The notes below the pieces were generated by a model. That model did no database searches, was not told the origin of the DNA, and was given only the letters and a program-made list of their open reading frames with translations. From assembly GCF_006345805.1 (NCBI RefSeq), contig NW_021824501.1, positions 1 to 18,225 on the forward strand: a DNA stretch of 18,225 bases, in the 5' to 3' direction. The translations under genes were made by a program, and so were the position numbers. Source of the stretch: Octopus sinensis. Lineage: Eukaryota. Of this stretch, positions 9,407 through 18,225 are shown piece after piece; the stretch's first letter is position 1, and each line of letters opens with the position of its first letter.

Positions 9407-9720
9407 GCTAATAAACAGATCCCAAATAGACAAACATGTAGACATAAACAGGTAGATAATTAGAAAGACAGGTAGTAAGTTAGATAGTTACGGAGAAGGA
9501 GAGAGAAGCAGAGAGAGTGAAAGGGATAAGTAGTTAGGTAGGTAGGTAGCTAAATTAGATAGAAGGATAGACAGATAGATGAGTAGATAGTTATGTAGGT
9601 AGATATGTAGACAGGTTTTGTAGGTAAATAGATAAGTATGTATGTATGTATGTATGTATGTATGTGAGTGTGTGTAGGTAGGTAGATAGGTAGGTAGACA
9701 CAAAGGTAAGTAGATATATA
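8943..9720. repeat. Compound microsatellite field (GAAA, GA, GACA, GATA, GGTA, GTAT)
   Basis: Direct reading, including a long (GATA)n tract at about 9235-9405. Confidence 0.9.
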
Positions 9721-9899
9721 ACAACCGATAGACATATATGCGCACGCATGTACACACACATCCAGTTTTGTTTAGAGTTTGTATTTTCATATATTCATAT
9801 ATATTCATCTATGTATCCATTTAAACTTGCAGCTCAATGTAAAATGTACCATCAAAGCGCATGCGTACAGACGTTCCCGCCCAACCGAACCATAAACAC

Positions 9900-10130
9900 A
9901 GCCTTTTCCTCCAATCTCAACCATGCGCAAATCCTCTATCTCCAGACGAAATTAAGGGCACACAACCTTTTTCTCCAGACGAAAGAATGAACGGATTCTC
10001 TTCCTCCAAACACAGACACTTTTTCCAGATCAAGCCAGGCATATATCCTCATCCTCCAGATGAAAGCATAGCTACAATCTTTTCTTCCAGACGGAACTAT
10101 GAACACATTATCTTCTGATTGGACGAAAAC
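9900..10130. repeat. Degenerate 31-33 bp periodic array with conserved core pyrimidine-run-TCCAGACGAAA
   Basis: Core starts at 9910, 9941, 9974, 10005, 10024, 10055, 10086 and 10119 (spacings 31, 33, 31, 19, 31, 31, 33). Confidence 0.75.
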
Positions 10131-10146
10131 ATGGATAGTCTATACC

Positions 10147-10569
10147 CGTTTCTTTACTACCCACAAGGGGCTAAACACAGAGGGTGACAAACAAGGACAG
10201 ACAAACGGATTAAGTCGATTACATCGACCCCAGTGCGTAACTGGTACTTAATTTATCGACCCCGAAAGGATGAATTCCAAAGTCGACCTCGGCGGAATTT
10301 GAACTCAGAACGTAACGGCAGACGAAATACCTATTTCTTTACTACCCACAAGAGGCTAAACACAGAGGGGACAAACAAGGACAGACAAACGGATTAAGTC
10401 GATTACATCGACCCCAGTGCGTAACTGGTACTTAATTTATCGACCCCCGAAAGGATGAAAGGCAAAGTCGACCTCGGCTGAATTTGAACTCAGAACGTAA
10501 TGCCAGATGAAATACCGCTAAGCATTTCGCCCGGCGTGCTAACGTGTCTGCCAGCTCGCTGCCTTATAG
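10147..10569 (-). mobile_element. SINE family B head-to-tail dimer (full unit about 10332-10567, head-truncated unit 10149-10331)
   Basis: Two tandem near-identical bodies. 16-bp TSD atggata(g/a)tctatacc at 10131-10146 and 10570-10585. Confidence 0.92.
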
Positions 10570-10788
10570 ATGGATAATCTATACCATTGGCGAACTCTTT
10601 ACCTCCAGACCGTGCCACGAGCAAAGCCTCTTCCTTTAGACCAGTGGTTCTCAACCAGGGTGCATAAAACCCTTGGGCTCACATAAGATTTTATTATTGA
10701 AGCTTATGAACAATAATTTGGTTATACTTCTACAATGCACAAAATATTTAAAGAATTTTTTTATACAAATCTTGATAATATTAAATCA

Positions 10789-11418
10789 CAGGAGTGGCTG
10801 TGTGGTAAGTAACCTGCTTACCAATCACATGGTTCAGTCTCATTGCGTGGCACCTTGGACAATTGTCTTCTACTATAGCCTCGGGCCGACCAAAGCCTTG
10901 TGAGTGGATCTGGTTGATGGAAACTGAAAAGAGGCCCATCGTATATATGTATATACGGCGAGCTGGCAGAAACGTTAGCACGCCAGGCGAAATGCGTAGC
11001 CGTATTTTGTCTGCCGTTACGTTCTGAGTTCAAAATCCGCCGAGGTCGACTTAGCCGTTCATCCTTTCGGGGTCGATTAAATAAGCACCAGTTACGCACT
11101 GGGGTCGATGTAATCGACTTAATCCCTTTGTCTGTCCGTGTTTGTACCCTCTATGTTTAGCTCCTTGTTGGCAGTAAAGAAATATATATATATACGTATG
11201 TGTGTGTGTATGTTTGCGTGTCTTTGTTTGTCCCCCCAACATCGCTTGACAACCGATGCTGGTGGGTTTACGTCCCCGTAATTTCGCGGTTCGGCAAAAG
11301 AAACCGATAGAATAAGTACTAGGCTTACAAAGAAAAAGTCCTGGGGTCAATTTGCTCGACTAGAAGCGGTGCTCTAGCATGGCCGCAGTCAAATGACTGA
11401 AACGAAAGAGTAAAGAGT
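10789..11418 (+). mobile_element. SINE family A copy split by a SINE B insertion
   Basis: 5' half 10789-10956 and 3' half 11185-11418 both match the 5800-6203 copy; aaagagtaaagagta tail. Confidence 0.9.
10957..11184 (+). mobile_element. SINE family B monomer
   Basis: Runs from ggcgagctggcagaaacgttag to gcagtaaagaaata, inside the TA tract of SINE A. Confidence 0.92.
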
Positions 11419-11636
11419 ATTTTTTTAACATGGAGGTTTAGTAGAATAAAATAGGAACAAAAGGAGTTCATAGGCAAAAAATGGTTGAGCACCACTGCTT
11501 TAGATCCACCGTTGTCAGAGTCATCTCAATTACTGCTTCTTACTTGAAACTAAATCTGGAGTACAGACTAAGAAATCGCCAGTAGTTCGACTTTAAGTGA
11601 GTGTCTAGGTGTCAATATACGACATACTTTTTATTA

Positions 11637-12901
11637 TTAGGTTGTTCCGAAAATAATGGCCGATTACAGAAACAATTTTATTCTGGAAAACTTAACAATA
11701 GAAATGTTTTGATTAGTCAAAGTATGAGCCGTGAACATCTACAAGGAGATAACTTATGCCTCGTTCATAAAAAAATTATAGGCTTTGATGCTAAGAAATC
11801 TTTAAAAGCTGACCACCTCTGGTTTGGACCTGAAAGTTTCATCACTTAAAAATCTGTCTAAATGCTTTAAAAAATGGTAGTCAGTGGGTGAAAGATCAGG
11901 AGAATATAAAGGATCTGGTAAAGTCTTGTATCCCAAGTCTGTGAGTTTCTGCAGCGTCATTCTTGCAACATGTGGCTTTGCATTATCATGGAACAGAATT
12001 GGGCCATGCCAATTCGCCAATGCAGGTCTCATTTTTTGCAAGTGAGCATGCATTTCAGTGAGTTGATTGCAGTAAAACTCTGCTGTAATTCTCTAATTGG
12101 CTTCTAGAAAGCTGTAATGGACAACACCAATTGCAGACTACCAGACAGTCACCATAATCTTTTGCTGATGCAACTTTGGCTTTAGGAAATGTTTAGGGGA
12201 CTCATCACGATCAAGCCATTGACCCGATCGCTTACAATTATCATAAAGGATCCACTTTTCGTCACAAGTGACTATTCGGTCAAGAAAATAATCATTAGTG
12301 TTTCGCAGAAAGAGCATCGAGCACACTTCAAAATGCCGAACTTCTGGATTTTCATTGAGCTCATGCGGTACCTATTTATCGAGATTTTTCACCATACCAA
12401 TCTTCTGCAGATTGGATGAGACCATTGCAATACTGACACCAAATGCCTGAGACATTTCTCTGACATTTTTTTATGTGGATTTTGTTCAACAATTGCTTTC
12501 AATTGTTCATTGTCAAGACTGCATGACCATCCTCTACCTTCTACGTCTTCAAGGCGCTCATTACCACTATGGAATTTGTGAAACCACCTTCGTACTGTGC
12601 AATCACTTGAGGACCCCTCTCCCCTTGCTCTGTTGATATTGGCAGCAGTTTGGGAGGCATTGTGCCCAAGCTTGAGCTCATGCAAGAAAAGTAAGCGAAG
12701 GTCCTTTTTTGCCATGTTCATAATTAAGGGCGCCTATGCCTCAAGAATGTCTTCTGTTGGAAATAAATAGAAAATTATTAAAGAGCATACATCAATTATT
12801 AAGTATGTCGAAATAAATCTAAAATATAATTAAAATACTATGATAAAATTGCGTTTCAAAACACAACACTTAGAGCGGCCATTATTTTCGGAACAACCTA
12901 A
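11637..12901 (-). mobile_element. Full-length mariner transposon, 1265 bp
   Basis: Perfect 26-bp TIR ttaggttgttccgaaaataatggccg at 11637-11662 and 12876-12901. TA TSD at 11635-11636 and 12902-12903. The TTAGGTTG start recalls Hsmar1/cecropia-type TIRs. Confidence 0.96.
11713..12721 (-). pseudogene. Mariner DD34D transposase, inactivated
   Basis: Motifs TVRRWFHKF, *VPHEL, TCDEKW, HDNA and YSPDLSPTDY, with 34 residues between the second and third Asp; terminus GSYFD*. Carries frameshifts, in-frame stops at 12372, 12138 and 12093, and a C-terminal deletion. Confidence 0.95.
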
Positions 12902-13089
12902 TATTATTGTAAATGATGTTACAGAGCTGAGAAACAGTATAATACTGGATAAAATTTGTTCTAATGTTTAGTAATCATGCATCTAAAACTCTCCCAATCG
13001 CTACTAGAGTTTACAATCATCGATAACCTCTACAATTATTAGACATTACCATCATTTATCATCCCCACAAGTGCTAGACTTCACCATCA

Positions 13090-13142
13090 CTAACCTCGCT
13101 ACGTAAACACACCAAGCGATGGGGGGGGGGGGCACAGACGCA

Positions 13143-13188
<46 letters not shown>

Positions 13189-13353
13189 ATATATATATAT
13201 ATATAATATATATATATGTTTTTTCGGAATGGTCATTTTGCCAGTTTAGCCAATTGTAAATGATTGAAAAAACTGTAAAAAAACTGGCAAAATGACCATT
13301 CCGAAATATAACAATATCTGTTTCAACACCCGACTTCACATAAAAAATCTTGC

Positions 13354-13416
<63 letters not shown>

Positions 13417-13582
13417 TACGATGGTCTTCTTTTCAGTTCTGTCTACCAAATTCTACTCACAAGGCTTTGGTCGGCCCAAGGCTATAGTAGAAGACACTTG
13501 CCCAAGGTGCCACGCAGTGAGACTGAACCCGGAACCATGTGGTTGGTAAACAAGCTACTTACCACACAGCCACTCCTACGCC
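13090..13582 (-). mobile_element. SINE family A copy: intact 5' half (13419-13582), short 3' remnant, and a foreign insert in the internal microsatellite
   Basis: 13419-13582 is the reverse complement of the family A head and body. 13090-13145 reads catcgcttggtgtgtttacgt on the minus strand, like the family A 3' half. Confidence 0.75.
13222..13306. repeat. Perfect 26-bp inverted repeat with a 33-bp spacer
   Basis: tttcggaatggtcattttgccagttt at 13222-13247 and its reverse complement at 13281-13306. Confidence 0.95.
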
Positions 13583-13592
13583 TATATATATA

Positions 13593-13633
<41 letters not shown>

Positions 13634-13923
13634 ATGAGTGTGTGTGTGTGTGTGTGAGGGGTATGTATGAAAGAATGTATGTGTGTATACATGTATGTAT
13701 GCATGCATATACGTATACATATGTATGTACGTATGTATGAATGTGTGCATATATGCATAAACGCATGCATGTATGTCTGTTTGTAATACATACATGATAT
13801 CTTTGCTGACAGAAATAGAAGCAACAACATTGTGTGCTGCACATTACTCTGAGTTTTCTCTTCTCACACTTTGACATTTTCTATCGTCTGCTCGCACCTT
13901 TTTCATTTTGTAATCTTCCCCAT

Positions 13924-14237
13924 TCGAAACATGGCACTCAGTTTATGGGAAAGAATGCTTGAATGAAAGAAGATGGCTTGCAAAACTCAGAAATGGAGAT
14001 TTCAGCCTTGAAGATGAAGATTGAACAGGACATCCATCATCATCATCATTGTTCGACCGTGGTCGAGACAATGGAATTTACTATGTTACGCCAGACTTCA
14101 CGGTCCATTATAGAATCACGGAGGTCCTGTTGCTGGATGCCTGTATCTGGAGATCACATCCATACAGGACGTCCAGTTGAGTTTGATGATAAGCTCCTTG
14201 AGGCATTACTTGAAGAAAATCCTTCATTATCAGTTGA
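13924..14237 (+). mobile_element. Internal fragment of the same mariner family as 15747-17019, interrupted by a LINE insertion
   Basis: Matches 16007-16189 (HSVYGKECLNER..FSLEDED.TGRPVEFDDKLLE.LLEENP). No TIRs. Confidence 0.92.
14037..14163 (-). mobile_element. 5'-truncated RTE-like LINE 3' end, 127 bp
   Basis: Minus strand translates as DTGIQQQDLRDSIMDREVWRNIVNSIVSTTVEQ* (DR..WR motif), followed by a (TGA)n tail. TSD acaggac(a/g)tcca at 14025-14036 and 14164-14175. Confidence 0.8.
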
Positions 14238-14320
14238 CAGGGAACAACCAGTATCTTTTTAACGAGATGCCGTGTTAGGTTTCGTTTTTGAATGAGTTTT
14301 ATGATCCCTTCCATTGTTCT

Positions 14321-14555
14321 CTATTTCTTTACTACCCACAAGGGGCTAAACACAGAGGGGACAATCAAGGACAGACAAACGGATTAAGTCGATTACATCG
14401 ACCCCAGTGTGTAACTGGTACTTAATTTATCGACCCCGAAAGGATGAAAGGCAAAGTCGACCTCGGCGGAATTTGAACTCAGAACGAAACGGCAGACGAA
14501 ATACGGCTACGCATTTCGCCCGGCGTGCTATCGTTTCTGCCAGCTCACCGCCTTA
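14321..14555 (-). mobile_element. SINE family B monomer, full length
   Basis: Reverse complement of taaggcggtgagctggcagaaacg...gtagtaaagaaatag. Nearly identical to the 10332-10567 unit. Confidence 0.93.
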
Positions 14556-15055
14556 TTGTTTTCATTGTTTTCGGCTCTATTTGGAGTCTCGTCAGTTGCT
14601 GTCACGATTTGCGTTTAGGCCAGGAAATAAAATAAAAGCTGAATGAGCACCGACCAAATGTGATAATTCCATATTTCTTTACCAGGAATTGTATTTACCA
14701 TATTCATCAATGTATTACTGTCAGCACCGAATATATTGCCTATAAACACTAGTTACCTGACTGACCTCTATTTCTACATTTGATATATTTCAACGATCAC
14801 TTGTTACGTTGTCTAATGTACCAATTCCACAGACTTTTCAATTTCGCTCTGGTTACATTCCAATAACTTGAAGGTGAATAATATCCTTTGTTCCAACGAA
14901 ATGTATATATATGTATATATATATATTACTAATTTCATACTATCATCAGATCCAGCTTAATACTAAACATATATTTTCAATTATCCACTTTAGAAGATTT
15001 CCATCGGTAATAATACAACGGCATTTCGTTTATTCATTTCGTATTTAGTAGTACC

Positions 15056-15058
<3 letters not shown>

Positions 15059-15119
<61 letters not shown>

Positions 15120-15141
15120 GTAGTAGTAGTAGTAGTAGTGT

Positions 15142-15176
<35 letters not shown>

Positions 15177-15565
15177 TTATAGGGGTTGTAGTTGTAATAG
15201 TTTCATTAATCATCATATCAGCATCATTATTATTATTAACTATTATTATCATTATTATTATTCTTGTTGTTATATATTATTATTATTATTATTATTATTA
15301 TATTATTATTCTCTTATATTATTATTATTATATATTAAATAGTAGTAGTAGTGGTGGTGGTGGTGGTGGTGGTGGTGGTGATGGAGTTTGTAGTAGTAGT
15401 TGTAGTAGTATCAGCAGCAGCAGCAACAGTAGTAGCAGTAGTAATAGTAGTACATGTACAAAGAAGAAGAAGAAGAAGAAGAAGAAGAAGAAGAAGAAGA
15501 AGAAGAAGAAGAAGAAGAAGAAGAAGAAGAAGAAGAAGAAGAAGAAGAAGAAGAAGAAGAAGAAG
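15059..15565. repeat. Compound trinucleotide microsatellite (ATT, AGT, ATT, GGT, AGC, then (AAG)35)
   Basis: Direct reading; perfect AAG tract at 15461-15565. Confidence 0.95.
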
Positions 15566-15746
15566 AGAAAGTCATTTGATTGTGGTGTAAGTTTTGCAGG
15601 GGATTTTTTAACTTGCAGTGTCCACCACTAGTGAGATGTCCACCACTAATGTCCACCACTAGCGAGAAACGAGTGGATGTCTAAACTAGCGTTTTAATTT
15701 GCACTTACGCAACGGCCATGTCTATGTGCGTATATAAGTATATGTA

Positions 15747-17019
15747 TCAGGTCATCCCATAAGTTCTGTCCAATTTTAGCTTTTTTAAAATTGAATGAAA
15801 TTTAATAGTATTTTAGAATGTCTAATGGAATTAAAAATTATTTTTATGCATTTGTGTACATTTAAACGAATTAAATATTATTTTACAGAATAATAGAATT
15901 AAAATTTCTTTCATTCAACCCTTTCTAACATGGAAGTATCCAAAGAGCATTTGAGGCACATAATGTTTTATGAGTACAAAAAAGGAAACTCTGCAGCCGA
16001 AGCAACTCGAAACATACACTCAGTTTATGGGAAAGAATGCTTGAATGAAAGAACTCGCAGATGATGGTTTGCAAAATTCAGAAGTGGAGATTTCAGCCTT
16101 GAAGATGAAGATCGAACAGGACGTCCAGTTGAGTTTGATGATAAGCTCCTTGAGGTATTACTTGAAGAAAATCCTGCATTATCAGTTGAAGAACTGGCAA
16201 TAAAGCTTAGTCCAAACCATACAACTGTTCGTCGTCATCTTCTGCAACTTGGAAAAGTTCCTAAACTTGGAAAATAGGTGTCTTATGAATTGTCCGAAAG
16301 CAACCGCACATCCCGAGTTGACATCTGATCTTCTCTCCATTCTCACGAACTCATTTCACCCTTTTTGGATAGACTTGTGACTGGTGACGAAAAATGGATC
16401 TTCTATCGAAATGTTAAACGTCGTAAACAGTGGCTTGGTAAAAGGGAAAAAGCTCAACCACAACCGAGAAAGGAACTTCATGGGAAAAAGGTTCTTCTCT
16501 CTATCTGGTGGGATTGGAAAGGAGTAATTCACTTTGAATTGTTACCACCTAATGCAACAATCCATGCTCAAGTCTACTGTCAGCAATTAGAGCATTTGAA
16601 CCAAGCTTTGAAGAAAAAAAGACCCGCTTCAGTGAATCGAAAAGGAGTGGATGTTTCATCAGGACAATGCGCGACCCCACAGTGCAAAGATCACATCACA
16701 GAAGATCGAAGAGGTTGGTTTGGAAAACATTCCTCACGACCTTGCTCCTTCAGACTAACATTTGTTTCGTAGTTTACAGAATCATTTGGGGGACATAACT
16801 TTCGCAAACCAGGAGTAGGTCGAAACAGACATCTCAGAGTTCTTCGCCTTGAAACCAAAATCTTTACATTGATGGGATTAAAAAAGCTTGTAAATAGATA
16901 GAAGGAAGTCATAGTTAATGAGGGGAAAGTACATTGATGATTAAATTTCAATTAAATATAACATTTGATCACTTGTTTTCTTTATTCAAAATTCGGACAG
17001 AACTTATGGGATGACCTGA
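15747..17019 (+). mobile_element. Full-length mariner transposon, 1273 bp, a different family from 11637-12901
   Basis: Perfect 25-bp TIR tcaggtcatcccataagttctgtcc at 15747-15771 and 16995-17019. TA TSD at 15745-15746 and 17020-17021. Confidence 0.96.
15930..16944 (+). pseudogene. Mariner transposase, inactivated
   Basis: Starts MEVSKEHLRHIMFYEY; motifs WFAKF, *VSYEL, TGDEKW, HQDNARPH and DLAPSD*; ends YIDD*. Several stops and frameshifts, plus an apparent 15-nt deletion of the usual PPYSP (29 rather than 34 residues between the second and third Asp). Confidence 0.95.
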
Positions 17020-17026
17020 TACATAC

Positions 17027-17027
<1 letters not shown>

Positions 17028-17076
<49 letters not shown>
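17028..17076. repeat. (TA)n microsatellite
   Basis: Direct reading; just downstream of the right mariner TSD. Confidence 0.97.
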
Positions 17077-17080
<4 letters not shown>

Positions 17081-17408
17081 ATGTATACATACACCCACGT
17101 AGTAGATAGATAAACACGGCAAATTTAACCATTTCACAGTAAACTGGAAAACACGACAAGCAGCCTTAATCTATTTTCGACCTGATTCCATAACTTGACC
17201 AGAGACATAACAAAGCAGGAAGACAAGCAACTAATTTCGTTACATACTTAACAAATCCAATATCTACAGAGAATTGGGGCCGCTAATTTGCATAATGTAA
17301 GCGTTGACTCTTTACTTAATACCAGGGGCCTGTCAACAGGGATCTCAGTCCACACACTGTCAAGGTATGGTATACTATACGTAGCTCATGCAACAGATTT
17401 ATAAATAG

Positions 17409-17620
17409 CTCGTGAAATTAACGTGCAAGTGGCTGAGTACTCCACAGACGGGAACCTTTAATGTAGTTCTCAGAGAGATTCAGCATGACATGGAATGTGA
17501 CAGGGCTGACCCTTTGAAATATACAAGTACAACTCATTTTTTGCCAGCTGAGTGTGTTGCCCGAGGGTGCATCGCGCCGCCGGGTATCGAACTCACGACC
17601 TTACAATCGAGAACCGAATG
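17409..17620 (-). mobile_element. Head-truncated tRNA-derived SINE of a fourth family
   Basis: Minus strand has aggtcgtgagttcgatacccg (B box, plus strand 17581-17601). No A box is visible and there is no second copy in the window. Confidence 0.55.
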
Positions 17621-17623
17621 TAT

Positions 17624-17650
17624 TTCTCTCTCTCTTTCTCTCTCTCTATG

Positions 17651-17713
<63 letters not shown>

Positions 17714-17915
17714 GTCTAGCTAGGTAGCTAGCTCGCTAAATAGTTAGCTATTCTTGTATGTATAGATATGTATATATAGGTGTAAATATATATTAAATGT
17801 ATATACATTAACACATACAGACACTGACACGTACACACAGACATAGAACCTGCATCTGCATAGACAGACAGGAAGATACACACACCACACACACACAACA
17901 CACACACACACACAC
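17624..17915. repeat. Compound microsatellite (CT, CTAT, CTAG, TA, CA)
   Basis: Direct reading. Confidence 0.88.
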
Positions 17916-18140
17916 ATTCTTCAATACAATCGTAAATGAAATATGAACAAAATATATAAACATATAGCTAGAGTATATATATATAACCGAAGAGATGGTG
18001 GTGTGGATTTCCACCTCGGCATCTGAAACTCAGAGTTTTATCTTGGCTACTGAATGATTGTCACATATTATTTTACAGATAAATTTCCTCTATTTACATA
18101 ATATTGAGGTCTCTTTTTCTTTTTATCTACTGTTTTTACC

Positions 18141-18168
18141 ATATATATATATATATAATATATATTAT

Positions 18169-18225
<57 letters not shown>
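18141..18225. repeat. (TA)n microsatellite running to the window end
   Basis: Direct reading. Confidence 0.97.

Larger units (their letters stand above)
10642..11497. mobile_element. Non-autonomous hAT (Charlie-like) DNA transposon carrying nested SINEs
   Basis: 16-bp TIR cagtggt(t/g)ctcaacca with one mismatch. 8-bp TSD ctttagac (10634-10641) and ctttagat (11498-11505), fitting the Charlie-type TSD with central TA. Confidence 0.88.

Noticed and set aside
9900-10130. CRISPR array interpretation of the periodic repeat
   Set aside because: The context is eukaryotic, the cores are degenerate, the linkers are only about 14 nt and related to each other, and there are no cas genes.
14930-14952. 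CTGATGA...GAAA on the minus strand as a hammerhead
   Set aside because: Only 6 nt (tagtat) separate the two boxes, with no stem II and no valid stem III or cleavage triplet.
16365-16772. 135-aa ORF as an expressed SETMAR-like or domesticated transposase
   Set aside because: It is an internal piece of a decayed element. It frameshifts before the second catalytic Asp, has upstream stops, and no SET domain is present.
18000-18140. Possible terminus of another repeat family next to the final TA tract
   Set aside because: No second copy, TIR or TSD in the window, so the impression rests on memory alone.

Overview
Repeat-saturated eukaryotic non-coding DNA with no host gene exon that I can support. 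The SINE families and the microsatellite load resemble Octopus (coleoid cephalopod) genomes; this is an inference from recalled repeat sequences, not a database result. The window holds two full-length but inactivated mariner (DD34D) transposons with perfect TIRs and TA TSDs (11637-12901 minus, 15747-17019 plus). A third mariner fragment carries a 127-bp RTE-like LINE 3' end with a 12-bp TSD. A hAT-Charlie-like non-autonomous element contains a nested SINE that itself contains another SINE. There are about 14 tRNA-derived SINE units from at least four families. Two head-to-tail SINE dimers are each bounded by a single TSD. Two inverted Penelope-like remnants each carry a degenerate minimal hammerhead-like motif directly upstream of the ORF start. 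Also present are a short RLE-type LINE fragment, an unexplained 31-33 bp periodic array, a perfect 26-bp hairpin and many simple repeats. Nearly all ORFs in the supplied track are microsatellite or SINE artefacts; the exceptions are transposase or retroelement remnants. I see no clear evidence of a wholly new system. The best leads are the hammerhead-like Penelope remnants, the SINE dimers that appear to move as units, the periodic array, and the recurrent Trp TGG-to-TAG changes in the mariners.
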